NCBI GenBank assembly: GCA_965222115.1
Contig: CBDCTJ010000007.1
Coordinates: forward strand, 608,001-672,000
Origin: Planctomycetota bacterium
GTDB lineage: Bacteria; Planctomycetota; PLA2; JAEUHO01
Direction of reading: 5' to 3'
Length of the DNA: 64,000 nt
Made by a program: the position numbers and the translations under genes. A model generated the notes under the pieces. The model was not told the origin of the DNA and did no database searches. It saw nothing but the letters and a program-made list of their open reading frames with translations. Positions 29,731-39,668 of the stretch are shown piece by piece; positions within the stretch are counted from its first letter, which is position 1, and every line of letters starts with the position of its first letter.

Positions 29731-29874
29731 GGCGATGGCTCCTCAACCGGACATCCTATGTGACCGCCGATTGCCGCCCGCTTCGAGCGCTCAATTTGCC
29801 ACAGACCCGCTCTGCCCAACTCGTGCCTACGCTCCCCGCCCCGCTACCATGCCGCCCGCGACACATAATCCCAC

Positions 29875-29964
29875 GGAGGGATAGCCAAGCGGTCGACGGC
29901 ACCGGTTTTGAAAACCGGCGTAGGGTCACACCTACCGGGGGTTCGAATCCCTCTCCCTCCGCCA
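29875..29964 (+). tRNA. tRNA-Ser(TGA)
   Basis: Acceptor GGAGGGA/TCCCTCC, G discriminator, encoded CCA; anticodon arm CCGGT-TTTGAAA-ACCGG; long variable arm GTAGG/CCTAC; GGTTCGAATCC T-arm. Confidence 0.95.
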
Positions 29965-30047
29965 CATTTCGTCTCTCAAGGTCGAGGCTCGCGATACGGC
30001 GCAAGCGCGGTTTCCACCAGTTTGCTTACTACATGTCGCGGGTTCGG

Positions 30048-30434
30048 CTATGGCTCCGCGATGAACCGCGCGACTTCCTCCGAGATTTCCTCGGGGACCT
30101 CATCGAGCGACCGCACTACGGAGATCAAGCGCCTACACCAAACTGTGTGCCGTATCCAGAACGACCGGTCGATACGAAGCAGACTCCGCAAGAGGTCCCC
30201 TGGGTAGAAGTCCCCTTCGGCGAGAGGATCGGCTTCGACAGCTACTAGGCCTAGCGGCACGAGCCACAAGAGCCCGATCTGCTGGCCGATCATAATGCGG
30301 AGGTCCTCGATGGAGAACTCTCCGATCGGTACCGTCCTTAGGCGATGACACGTGGTGACGAGGTGCGAGTTGTATTCTGGCTCGCCCCAGGTCACCACGC
30401 CCTCTAGCTCGTTCAACGTCTTGTTCAAATCCAT
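30048..30434 (-). CDS. CdiI-like contact-dependent inhibition immunity protein (copy 1)
   Basis: PIGEFSIEDLRIMIGQQIGL..LVPL.L...EADPLAEGDFYPGDLL signature. Confidence 0.8.
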   Translation of the reverse strand: MDLNKTLNELEGVVTWGEPEYNSHLVTTCHRLRTVPIGEFSIEDLRIMIGQQIGLLWLVPLGLVAVEADPLAEGDFYPGDLLRSLLRIDRSFWIRHTVWCRRLISVVRSLDEVPEEISEEVARFIAEP

Positions 30435-30644
30435 GCGTCAGATCCACAATCAAGTTCTTGAGTCTAACTCCGTGTGGCGGCGGCCAAAGCCCAAGCACCG
30501 ATAGCGATCAAAGGGCATGGTATGATCGTCTGCTCCTGCTTCGTTCATTGCTTTCAATACATCGTAAGTTCAGGAATCCTCGCGCTCCAGGGTCTTCAAG
30601 CTCTAAACGGCGAGGCTAGGGAACAGGTAGGCGGTAGTAGGACG

Positions 30645-31100
30645 ATGAGCGCGGAAGCTGTGATTCTCGTGGGTATCCAGGCGACGGGGAAGTCCACCTT
30701 TTATCGGGACCAATTCTTCCGCACTCACGTACGCATCAACCTCGACATGCTCAAGACCCGCAACCGCGAGCACACGCTCCTCGAAGCGTGCCTCAAGACC
30801 GGGCAGTCGTTCGTTGTGGACAACACCAACGCCACGTCCGACGAGCGCGCCCGGTATATCCAGATGGCGCGGCAGGCCGACTTCAAGGTCGTGGGCTACT
30901 ACTTTCAGTCGGCGATCCAGGGAGCACTGGACCGCAATGAGACTCGACCCATCGATGACAGGGTGCCCAAGGCTGGGGTGTTGGGAACGCACGGCAGGCT
31001 CGAAGTACCCTCCCCCGAGGAGGGGTTCGACGAACTTTGGTACGTGAGGATTGGGAACCAGGAGGCGTTCGTTGTGGAGGCGTGGTCCGGTGAAGTTTGA
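30645..31100 (+). CDS. AAA_33 polynucleotide-kinase-like P-loop protein
   Basis: GIQATGKSTF, INLDML, VVDNTN...R, lid RNETR; overlaps the start of the next gene. Confidence 0.85.
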   Translation: MSAEAVILVGIQATGKSTFYRDQFFRTHVRINLDMLKTRNREHTLLEACLKTGQSFVVDNTNATSDERARYIQMARQADFKVVGYYFQSAIQGALDRNETRPIDDRVPKAGVLGTHGRLEVPSPEEGFDELWYVRIGNQEAFVVEAWSGEV

Positions 31101-31857
31101 AAAACTCGACGACCGGATGCGGGTCTTTGAAACGGCCCACGATCACTGCGTTCTTCCGGGGGTGTTTATGGTCGCGCGACTGGACGGCCGAAGCTTCACG
31201 CGGCTGACGAAAGAAGTTCACAAGTTTGAGGCTCCGTTCGATGAACAGTTTCGGGACCTCATGGTTGCTACGACAGAGCACGTCATGGACTGCGGGTTCA
31301 GGGTCATCTATGGATACACGCAGAGTGATGAGATCTCGCTCCTCTTCCACCGGGATGAGGAAGCCTTCGGTCGCAAGGTTCGAAAGATCAATTCGATCCT
31401 ATCCGGTGAGGCAAGTGCCAAGTTCTCGCTGCTGCTCGGCGACGTGGCTGCGTTCGACTCACGCATCTCGCAGTTGCCTTCACTGTCGCAGGTGGTGGAT
31501 TACTTTAGTTGGCGCAGCGAGGACGCGCATCGCAATGCGCTCAATGCCCATTGCTACTGGACACTTCGACGCGAGGGCCAGGACGCGAGGAAGGCGACGC
31601 ATACCTTGTCAGGCATGAGCATCGACGAGAAGAACGAGCTGTTGTTCCAAAGAGCAGGCATCAACTTCAACGACTTGCCTCAGTGGCAGAAGCGAGGGAC
31701 CGGCATCTACTGGGAGTCCTACGAGACCGAAGGACTCAACCCGGTAACCGAGGAAGTAGCGATAACGACTCGACGGCGGCTCAAGCGGGACTTCACACTG
31801 CCCATGAAGGAGCAGTACAGGACATTCGTTCAAGCCCTTGTTGTGGATTGCGGCTAG
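31090..31857 (+). CDS. Thg1-like protein (tRNA(His) guanylyltransferase family, 3'-5' polymerase)
   Basis: RLDGRSF, YTQSDEISL, AFDSR, YFSWR..DA.RN.LN, WQKRG; GTG start at 31090. Confidence 0.93.
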   Translation: MKFEKLDDRMRVFETAHDHCVLPGVFMVARLDGRSFTRLTKEVHKFEAPFDEQFRDLMVATTEHVMDCGFRVIYGYTQSDEISLLFHRDEEAFGRKVRKINSILSGEASAKFSLLLGDVAAFDSRISQLPSLSQVVDYFSWRSEDAHRNALNAHCYWTLRREGQDARKATHTLSGMSIDEKNELLFQRAGINFNDLPQWQKRGTGIYWESYETEGLNPVTEEVAITTRRRLKRDFTLPMKEQYRTFVQALVVDCG

Positions 31858-31936
31858 CTTCAACTGGCACACCATCAAACGTTTTCTACGTGTTGGCAGG
31901 ATCCCACGCGACGTTACGTAGGGAGGCAACAACCAC

Positions 31937-32239
31937 ATGAGTTGGGCACGCCACGCGAAGGAGGTCCTCGGTCGTGGCGAAACGGCCCACGTCCGTCCCC
32001 GCGGGCACTCCATGAAGGGCAAGATCAATAGCGGCGACCTTGTCACGCTGGAACCTTGTGACGCAACCCATCTGCAAGTAGGCGACATCGTCTTAGTGCG
32101 CGTCCGCGGAACGGACTACCTACACTTGATCAAGGCCATCGACAACGGTCGCTTCCAGATTGGAAACAACCGCGGCGGTATCAACGGATGGGTGCGGGAA
32201 GGCGCGATCTTCGGCATCGCCACGAAAATAGAGGGGTAG
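31937..32239 (+). CDS. small S24/S26-peptidase-like protein
   Basis: GHSM...I.SGD.V.L, GDIVL, YLHLI; no TM or HTH; GGAGG RBS. Confidence 0.7.
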   Translation: MSWARHAKEVLGRGETAHVRPRGHSMKGKINSGDLVTLEPCDATHLQVGDIVLVRVRGTDYLHLIKAIDNGRFQIGNNRGGINGWVREGAIFGIATKIEG

Positions 32240-32441
32240 TGTCACGTCCCAGGTGCTTGTGGGCGCCACTCTGGAGCACGCTGATCTGGAACAGTGGACG
32301 TCGCTCTGCTTACGAACCGCGACAGACACAAACGGATCTGCGTGGACGAGACTAGGCACTTGCCCGGATTGTTCATGAACTGGAGTAAATCAAGCGCTAC
32401 ACGAATGATTCGGGCTCAAGATGGCATACTATTCATAGGCG

Positions 32442-32786
32442 ATGAACGAGTACGCGACCTACATCATTCACAATTATCCCAGCGTCCTGAACGAGGCCGA
32501 GTCGAAGGCCGTTCGGACCCTCCAATTGCGCATGAAGGCGGCCTTAACTGATGATCCTCGACGTTCCCTGGCCCGCTATCGCAAGATGGGACGCTTGTAC
32601 GACAACGAGCCCCCGGTTGCCGCTCTCCTTTCCGAAGGGGAGGCGACGTTCTACGACCGCCTCGTCAAGCGAGTCCAAACCGAATGCGCCGACAAGGTGT
32701 TCTTTAACTGTTGCGAAGCGTGTGGGGGATTGACTGCGACACCCCGGGCGCAGCAGTGTTTCCATTGTGGCCACGACTGGCATTAA
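32442..32786 (+). CDS. hypothetical protein with C-terminal zinc ribbon
   Basis: NCCEACGGLTATPRAQQCFHCGHDWH. Confidence 0.75.
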   Translation: MNEYATYIIHNYPSVLNEAESKAVRTLQLRMKAALTDDPRRSLARYRKMGRLYDNEPPVAALLSEGEATFYDRLVKRVQTECADKVFFNCCEACGGLTATPRAQQCFHCGHDWH

Positions 32787-32800
32787 GGGGCAGCGGACGC

Positions 32801-33745
32801 ATGTCAGGCTTCATCGGCAAGGGAAAGATCGGTATCTGGGTTTGGAACCGGGATCGGAATCTGTTTCTTGACTGGCTTGCGGAGCATCGAGCAGGAAACG
32901 ACCCGAAATGGCGAGAGAAACTGCTCAGTGAAGCGCACCGTTGGATGGGATGCTGCCTGGATCTCGAGGAGTTGATACCTGAAGGCGCGTGGAGTCCGCC
33001 GACAGAGAACGAACTCGCTGCTGCCGCCAACGTGAATGAGCATTTCCCCACGATTCTCCGGTTGGTCGCAGCGACTGTCGATGGTTCATGGAAACACGAT
33101 GTCGGAAGTCTGGAAGCCATCCGTTGGAAGGTGCCCTGGACGGATGGGTTCACCGAAGAAGGGATCTGGACTGCGAAGTGCTTGGACCTCTATCTCGAAT
33201 TCGCGGAGCCCAATGCCGCCACGGTCCTTGAAGCGATATCGGCTCTTTGGGCTCATATAGATCTCCAAGGCTGCTGGGTGAACAACGACCGCGAGCCAAT
33301 GGTTGCGACTCGGTTGCCGGCGCCATTCTATGAAGACGCTGAGGTCGACACGTGGGGGCCGCCCGAGTTCAATGTGCCCACCCCGCGCTACGGGTTCGCG
33401 ATGATGCGTGGGCGAACCTGCGTGCCGTGCGCGACGTACATCGGCCTGGACGAGGACTGCGCCTTTCTGAAGCTGTCCTTCCGTTCGGCAGCAATACAAC
33501 GTCGTGTGCCACCCAGGATTGAAGCGGAGGGTCCATGCGATCCCGCGATGTTCCGTTGGCTTGCAGCGATTGGACGGTCCGTTCACAACCGCGTGCCCAT
33601 TCACATCGGCATCGTCGGTTGGGAGGTCGTGGCGTCAAAGGACAGTGAGATGTACGAGCGGAAATTCGAGGCTACGCAGGGCTACCTGCTACCTAATGCA
33701 GACGGACTGGAATACGTGGCACCGACCATCTTTTCGTGGTCGTAG
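32801..33745 (+). CDS. hypothetical protein
   Basis: 314-aa ORF; its C-terminal third has a diverged copy at 44668-45036. Confidence 0.65.
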   Translation: MSGFIGKGKIGIWVWNRDRNLFLDWLAEHRAGNDPKWREKLLSEAHRWMGCCLDLEELIPEGAWSPPTENELAAAANVNEHFPTILRLVAATVDGSWKHDVGSLEAIRWKVPWTDGFTEEGIWTAKCLDLYLEFAEPNAATVLEAISALWAHIDLQGCWVNNDREPMVATRLPAPFYEDAEVDTWGPPEFNVPTPRYGFAMMRGRTCVPCATYIGLDEDCAFLKLSFRSAAIQRRVPPRIEAEGPCDPAMFRWLAAIGRSVHNRVPIHIGIVGWEVVASKDSEMYERKFEATQGYLLPNADGLEYVAPTIFSWS

Positions 33746-33840
33746 GAAGCGCGCGGCGATCCGAGGAAACTCTGCACAACGCGAATTGCCAGTTCCGGTG
33801 TGCGCATGTATGGCGTCTGCGATTCACGCGGGCTACATCG

Positions 33841-33871
33841 AAAAGTGTGGATTTTGCCCGTACGCTGTATC
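33841..33871 (+). repeat. dispersed junction motif, copy A
   Basis: AAAAGTGTGGATTTTGCCCGTACgctgtatc. Confidence 0.9.
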
Positions 33872-34007
33872 TCGCATTTTGTCGTTTCAAACTGCGTTGC
33901 GCATGACAAAAAATTGAATCCAACCGAATTGGCGAAGTGCTACCGCGATAGGCGTTTAGAGGGAGGAGTTCCTGTTCGTCACGTCTATCGCATTCTCTTC
34001 CAAAACG

Positions 34008-34049
34008 AAAAGTGTGGATTTTGCCCGTACACCGTATTCCTGTATTCCT
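34008..34049 (+). repeat. dispersed junction motif, copy B
   Basis: AAAAGTGTGGATTTTGCCCGTACACCGTATTCC-TGTATTCCT. Confidence 0.9.
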
Positions 34050-34088
34050 GAGCGTGTGCGAGGAACCAACTTCCTGCGTGGGTACGTG

Positions 34089-37000
34089 TCACTTTAGTTC
34101 GACCATCCGCGTAAGAACTTGCTTGTTCGCTTCTACGTTGACCACCCACTCAGCGAGTTTCTCGTTTGTGTCGGTACGACAGAGCATTAGATTGTGTTGC
34201 CCGATACTAAGTCCTTGCAGGATTACGGGCTCGCCCGGGTCGCATCGCACGCTACGTACGGTGGACGGTGAAGCCAGTGACTTGGACAACAATTCTACGG
34301 GAAACGTTCTTGTCTCCTTCAGCATCACGAGTGTGACTTCAATCGATGCACCCACCGGAAGCCGTACTTTGCCAAGGTCTGAGATTGCACCCTCTAGCTT
34401 GACGCCGTCTAAACGCAGGGGTGCCCACGGCGCCAGATCGATCAATACGTCGTATCGACCCGGCGTAAGTCCACCGAAACGCACAACACTTGATACCGGG
34501 CGGAAGAAGTATGAGCGTGGGGTTTCGTCTGTGTTTCCATGGCGCCACACGTGTAGGTGAAGTGGTGCGTGTCTATTCCTCGAGTCTGCGCCTGGACGCG
34601 TAGCGGGGTGCAAGGTGAACCAAGCTTGTGCGCCTGCAACCAAGCGAAGCTTCGGCGTTTCGTCCGCGCGTACCTCCATACGCGTGCCGCCTTCGGCGAG
34701 CAAGAGGGCTGGGTGCTCGACCACAAGGGCGAACTTTGCTCCGCGCTTGCAACGCAACGTGAAGCTTCCGTCGTCAGCCACCTCAAGGCCGCCCTTTTGG
34801 CCGAACGGCAGGGCCCGTGGCGCGCGACCCTGAACACCCAAGAACGTCTTCTTCACGTCGTGTCCGTTTGGCACTTCGACTGAGCCTTCAATCTCGATCA
34901 CGTCTTGTAGATCTAGAATCACTTCATCGGGGGGATGTGCGGGATCGAATTGAAACTCGCGCGTGTGGACGCCGCTATCTTGATCCACTACACGGCAACG
35001 CCCAGCCCGCACGCCCTGCCACTCAAGTACCTCGGGCAATAGGTAGTGCTGTGGCCACGGATGCAGCGGGTTCCACCCCTCTCGCCGCCATTGTTTGCGG
35101 TCCGTGTCCCACCGCTGGAGTTCCACCCGAAACCGCTTATCCGCGGGCGGTCGTACCCGGATCCGCACGGGTGCTGCGGGCTCAATTTCTAACTCGTGAT
35201 GGAGTGCCTGATGCCCATCCTCTGCGTGCAGTTCGACCTGCCGGCTTCCCATGTTTGGGCTACTCACCAGAAAGCGCGCGACGTTGGTGAGTGCGTCTGG
35301 ACGCACGGAGAAACGAACCGTGCCGGGGTCCTGCGTTCTCTCGTATTGCGTGAGTTCGGTGTTATCAATGGCTAGACTTAGCCCCGGTGGGAGGAACGGC
35401 TCGCCTTCTCTCTTCAACGTCAAGTGGACGTCGCGTGCTCTCGCAACCGTTGCCTCAATGCGGCCTTCTCCGCCTTGTGTCAACGTCACGGTTCCCAGAA
35501 TGTTCTGCTGTTCCCATTCGTCCATCTTGGTCGCGTGCGTGGGCACAAGCAGGGCCGCATAGGTGCCATCCGGCAAGTCACCGAATTGGGCCTCACCATC
35601 GTCGTTTGTATTTACTACACGACCGTTGAGTTGCACGCGCGCGCCGCATGCGGGGTGTCCATCCGCATAGTGAAGAACAACACGTACTTCGCCCGCAGCG
35701 AAGAAGGTCACATCCGGGCCCTCCGTCGTGCCGACCGGGAGCGTTACTGTGGCAATCTGCCCGTTGGATGTTCGTGCGACGCCCACGTATGGCTGGCTTG
35801 GCAGCAACGGCAGCGTGCAACAAAGTCGCCCGTCCCTCATGCGTATATCGATGGGCGCAAGGAGGTGCGCCGACCCAAAGACACTGCGCGAATGCAATGT
35901 GATCGGTGTTCCGTCTGGAGGAACCACACCGCCTCCCGCCCCGGACACAGGCCAGTTGACTTCCTTGGGCGTTGGCACGTGAAGTACAACGTCTCTTGCG
36001 TCCATGGGAATGGCGGGCGCTGAATCGATCTTAAAGTAGTCGATGTATGTCGGGTTTGGTGCGGCGGAGGGTGCGCGTCCGCGAACGTGTGCAACGAGAG
36101 CAATACTGGCCCGTGGATCCAAGTGATGGATCGCAGTGCGTCCATCGTCGTCCGTCGGCGGAATGTGAGGTGCAGGCGCATAGTGCGTTGCTGTGCCCTT
36201 CACGTAGCCTTTTCTGCGCTCCAACACCTCTATCACGGCACCCGCAATGGGCTCCTTGGTCTCTTGGTCTAGCACGCGTACGCGGAGACTTCGGTTGGCT
36301 GAATGCACATCTACTTTGACACGCTCGTCTGGATCGATGGGAACCGCACAGATTGCGGTGCCCCGTCCTCCGTCGGGACTCGATGCATCGATTCGCCACC
36401 CCGGTTTCGCCAAACCGACAAAGCGCGCGTCTCCATTTGCATCCGCAATCCGTTCGCATCGCGGCGTCCATGTGCTGAAGATGAGCGAAGAGAGCACGAC
36501 CCGCGCGTATGGAACCGGGGACCCTTGCTTGACAACTCGAACACGCAGCGTGCGCGCCCGTCTGAGCACGATCGGTTTCGCTGTGATTGATGGTGGAGAC
36601 CCGACCCAAAGTTTCTGATCGATGGTTCCCGCCGTTCCGTCCCGGGCTATCGCGTGGATCGCCAGTGCCTGACCGAGTGTCCGTGGGGGTGCACCCAGTT
36701 CGAGGCGATATCTCCCGTTGGCGTCGGTTTGTGTGGGTTCGACGTGGCGCTGGATGCACCACGCCTTGACGGTTGCATCCGCGGCGGGCGACCCATTGGC
36801 ATGCACGACACGACCCTTAACCACAATACGTTTGCGCCGTGTATCGAAGAGGGCGTCGTATGCCTCCGGCAAAGACAAGGTTGCTGGGTGCTGAGTGGCG
36901 AGGCCATGAAGGACGGGAGTTGTCGCCGACTTGAGTTCTCGCTGTTGGTCGGCATGTACGACATGCGGCGTAACAGAATCGCTCTGTGAACTCAACCTCA

Positions 37001-37631
37001 GCGCGAGGCCGCCGACGAGGAAAGCGGCCGCTACCGCTACAATCGCCGCGTGGGGAACGCCACTCACTGCGGTCGTGGTCGTTGGCATTCGAATCCACTG
37101 ACGAAGCGTGATTGTCCACGCGGCGCGGTTGCCACCGTGGTGACGGTCCATTCGTTCCCGCAACGTGGCTCGCGCACGCCTCAGACGTGTACGCACAGTC
37201 TCTACGGGAACGCCCATGCGCTCAGCAATGCGCCGAGGCGGTTCTGTTTCAAAGTAGCGCAAGAGAACCGTGAACCGATACGGATCGGGAAGTTTGAGTA
37301 CGAGTTGCGCCAACTGCTCGACGAGTTCGGCACGGGCAACGACCTCGACGGTTGCGGGTTCCTGTCCGTTACGCACCCACGCCGCTTCGTGACGTCGTCG
37401 TCGCGCATTCGACCGCGCTCGATTGCTCGCCAGGCGCCTCAAGACAGTTGCTAGCCACGCACGCGGATGACGAATGCCAGCGGGGGCACGTTCCAACGCC
37501 ACCAGATATACGTCTTGCGCCAAATCCTCAGCAGTGGTTTGGTCATTCACGAGCGAGAGAGCTAATCTACGGAGCCACGCGCGTTCGCGGAGGAGGCGCT
37601 TAATTTCGGCGTTGGGTATGGATTGAGCCAT
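34089..37631 (-). CDS. ECF sigma factor fused to TM and ~950-aa extracytoplasmic carboxypeptidase-regulatory-like repeats
   Basis: AEDLAQDV, AWLATV, LPDPYR..VLLRY, IAERMGVPVETVRTRLRRAR; TM ~aa 195-213; repeats such as GRVVHANGSPAADATV and TDANGRY. Confidence 0.88.
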   Translation of the reverse strand: MAQSIPNAEIKRLLRERAWLRRLALSLVNDQTTAEDLAQDVYLVALERAPAGIRHPRAWLATVLRRLASNRARSNARRRRHEAAWVRNGQEPATVEVVARAELVEQLAQLVLKLPDPYRFTVLLRYFETEPPRRIAERMGVPVETVRTRLRRARATLRERMDRHHGGNRAAWTITLRQWIRMPTTTTAVSGVPHAAIVAVAAAFLVGGLALRLSSQSDSVTPHVVHADQQRELKSATTPVLHGLATQHPATLSLPEAYDALFDTRRKRIVVKGRVVHANGSPAADATVKAWCIQRHVEPTQTDANGRYRLELGAPPRTLGQALAIHAIARDGTAGTIDQKLWVGSPPSITAKPIVLRRARTLRVRVVKQGSPVPYARVVLSSLIFSTWTPRCERIADANGDARFVGLAKPGWRIDASSPDGGRGTAICAVPIDPDERVKVDVHSANRSLRVRVLDQETKEPIAGAVIEVLERRKGYVKGTATHYAPAPHIPPTDDDGRTAIHHLDPRASIALVAHVRGRAPSAAPNPTYIDYFKIDSAPAIPMDARDVVLHVPTPKEVNWPVSGAGGGVVPPDGTPITLHSRSVFGSAHLLAPIDIRMRDGRLCCTLPLLPSQPYVGVARTSNGQIATVTLPVGTTEGPDVTFFAAGEVRVVLHYADGHPACGARVQLNGRVVNTNDDGEAQFGDLPDGTYAALLVPTHATKMDEWEQQNILGTVTLTQGGEGRIEATVARARDVHLTLKREGEPFLPPGLSLAIDNTELTQYERTQDPGTVRFSVRPDALTNVARFLVSSPNMGSRQVELHAEDGHQALHHELEIEPAAPVRIRVRPPADKRFRVELQRWDTDRKQWRREGWNPLHPWPQHYLLPEVLEWQGVRAGRCRVVDQDSGVHTREFQFDPAHPPDEVILDLQDVIEIEGSVEVPNGHDVKKTFLGVQGRAPRALPFGQKGGLEVADDGSFTLRCKRGAKFALVVEHPALLLAEGGTRMEVRADETPKLRLVAGAQAWFTLHPATRPGADSRNRHAPLHLHVWRHGNTDETPRSYFFRPVSSVVRFGGLTPGRYDVLIDLAPWAPLRLDGVKLEGAISDLGKVRLPVGASIEVTLVMLKETRTFPVELLSKSLASPSTVRSVRCDPGEPVILQGLSIGQHNLMLCRTDTNEKLAEWVVNVEANKQVLTRMVELK

Positions 37632-37781
37632 GCTTGGTACCTATGAGACACCACTCAGGTCGAAAGCGGTTCATGGCACGGGTGAATTCGCCCCTTCAAG
37701 AATTCCTTTCCGCGCTACGGGCTGCTCATCATTCGGACTACCGCATCAGGTAACTCACTTGCAAACAAGATAGGACCACCA

Positions 37782-37823
37782 AAAAGTGTGGATTTTGCCC
37801 GTACACCGTATCCCACCGTATCC
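37782..37823 (+). repeat. dispersed junction motif, copy C
   Basis: AAAAGTGTGGATTTTGCCCGTACACCGTATCC-CACCGTATCC, directly abutting the truncated integrase. Confidence 0.9.
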
Positions 37824-38516
37824 TCGTTCCAGTGGGCAATCCGCTCCGGTTACGTTGATGAGAATCCAGTTCGAAAGGTCGACCGGTTTTCCGAAAAGGG
37901 ACGCAAGCGCGAAACCTATCTCACCGCCGATGAGTGTCACGCGCTCATCGACAATTGCTCGCAAGTGTTGCGCCCCGTCGTCATTGCCGCATGACACACA
38001 CACCGGGATGCGGTGCGGGGAGATCCTGTCGCTTGCTTGGCGAACTGTAGATCTCAATCGCGCCGAGATACACGTCGAGGCTGCGAATGAGAAGACGGGC
38101 CGGAGGCGCGTCATCCCTCTGACAGACGATCTCCTCGCCACCCTAAAGATACTGAAGACATCCAGGCCGCGCACCGCACTTGACGGTAGCGACCCTGTAT
38201 TCACGAACAAGGAGGGCACAGCGATCACGCCCTCGTGCCTTCGACGTATGTACGAGCCGACCGTGACCCGTTGCGAAGGCTTACACTGGCCAAGCGTCAG
38301 GCGCTGCGCTTCCACGACCTGCGCCACACCGCCGCGTCCCTCATGGTCGGGGGCGGCGTGCCGATCTTCGACGTGGCCAAGATCCTCGGGCACTCCACAG
38401 TTTCGGTAACCATGCGCTATGCGCACTTGGCGCCCGAGGCGGGGCGGGCAGTCATCGAGCGTCTAGGAGAGTCACTTGCTCAGGAGGGTGCCCAAGTCGC
38501 CAGCCTCAGCGGCTAG
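37824..38516 (+). pseudogene. tyrosine recombinase/integrase, 5'-truncated with two frameshifts
   Basis: Three frames join: FQWAIRSGYVDENP...YLTADE / HTGMRCGEILSL.W...EKTGRRRVIPL / RFHDLRHT...LGHS....TMRYAHL. Shifts at ~37995 and ~38282. Confidence 0.92.
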
Positions 38517-38553
38517 CGTTTCCATTGGGGCTGACCCAACCAGGGTGAAGCGT

Positions 38554-39372
38554 TTACTCCGATACCGGGCGATCAAGGGGCTTTGCGGCCTCGGTCCCCC
38601 ACATCTTCGGATAGCACGCCACGAGAACTACACCGGTCCCGTCCTCATTCCGCATGCCCGGTCCATTCAAGGTGTAACCGGATGGAGTGTCGAAGTTCAT
38701 GCGCACGCGGTGCGCTGACAGGGCCAAGAACCCAGCCTCACCCACAAGCGGGAGCACTCTGTATTCCAGGACTCCTCTGTGTCCTGCGAAGGCGTCGTGC
38801 CCGAGGCGCAGTACGTAGTCTCTACTCGGATCACGACGAACTGCGGCCCACATGTGCCGGGGAAGCACGAAGGCCTCGACCAGATACCCGTTTGCCTTAT
38901 CAGGAGGCGAGCGGAAGTACCAATCGTGCTCGGCGAAACGGATGTCAGTCTTTCGCGTGTTCCGTGCTTTGTCGAAGTGCTCAATGCCCCAGCAGGCGAT
39001 GGCAACGCTAGGGCCACTCTCGATGGGCGTCAGAATCGGCGATGTCATCAGCCCAAGGCCCTTTGGCTCCCCCGTATCTGGATCTCGTCCGGATGTGATG
39101 CGCCCCGATCGTTCGCCCGAGAACTGCGCGAACCCGTCGCCGTGGTAGGAGAGCTTTGCGCGGTCGGTGGCTGTGTACTCTTCACACTCCTCTGGCTTGG
39201 CTCGCCACTGCTTCTTGTGGTAGTCCACGGGCACTTTCGCCAACCAGCCTTGCTTCTCCTCGTGATAGGGCATCAGGACACCGAAGCCCCCGTCCGAGTA
39301 GGTCGTGAACTTCGTGAGCAGACGACTGCCGCTACTTGATCCCGCGTCGATGATGATCCTTGCGTCAGTCAT
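38554..39372 (-). CDS. hypothetical protein
   Basis: 272-aa ORF with GGAGGAGG RBS; no family recognised. Confidence 0.7.
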   Translation of the reverse strand: MTDARIIIDAGSSSGSRLLTKFTTYSDGGFGVLMPYHEEKQGWLAKVPVDYHKKQWRAKPEECEEYTATDRAKLSYHGDGFAQFSGERSGRITSGRDPDTGEPKGLGLMTSPILTPIESGPSVAIACWGIEHFDKARNTRKTDIRFAEHDWYFRSPPDKANGYLVEAFVLPRHMWAAVRRDPSRDYVLRLGHDAFAGHRGVLEYRVLPLVGEAGFLALSAHRVRMNFDTPSGYTLNGPGMRNEDGTGVVLVACYPKMWGTEAAKPLDRPVSE

Positions 39373-39518
39373 GCGACTACGACCTCCTCCCGACTCGAAG
39401 TTGACCACGCGCCAAAGAGCTAGCGCGGCCGAGACGACGGTCACTGAGACCCCCTCAGGAACCCCCTGGGCGGGCGCGCAAGCGTAACTCGTTTCACTAT
39501 GGGGGCCTGCGGACGTAA

Positions 39519-39585
39519 GGCACCGTTTTTGAAAACCGGCGTAGGGTCAAACCTACCGGGGGTTCGAATCCCTCTCCCTCCGCCA
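39519..39585 (+). repeat. att repeat: 3' part of tRNA-Ser
   Basis: 65/67 identical to 29898-29964; lacks the 5' acceptor strand and D-arm. Confidence 0.92.
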
Positions 39586-39668
39586 CATATCGTGTCTCAA
39601 GGTCAAGGCTCGCGATACGGCGCAGGCGTGGTTCCCACCAGTTTGTTTACTACGTGACGCGGGTTTGG

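Larger units (their letters stand above)
29898..39585. mobile_element. decayed genomic island integrated at tRNA-Ser (attL 29898-29964, attR 39519-39585)
   Basis: 67-bp direct repeat of the tRNA 3' part with 2 mismatches; tyrosine integrase pseudogene ~1 kb inside attR. Confidence 0.82.

Noticed and set aside
29875-29964. tRNA-Sec (selC), given the nearby selenoprotein candidate
   Set aside because: The anticodon is TGA (reads UCA, Ser), not TCA, and the acceptor stem is 7 bp.
33841-34049. Repeated motif as a CRISPR array or DnaA boxes
   Set aside because: Copies are 0.17-16 kb apart with no regular spacers and no cas genes; TGTGGATTT differs from the DnaA box TGTGGATAA at two positions.
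39519-39585. Second functional tRNA-Ser
   Set aside because: The 5' acceptor strand and D-arm are missing and the anticodon stem has a mismatch; it is an att repeat.
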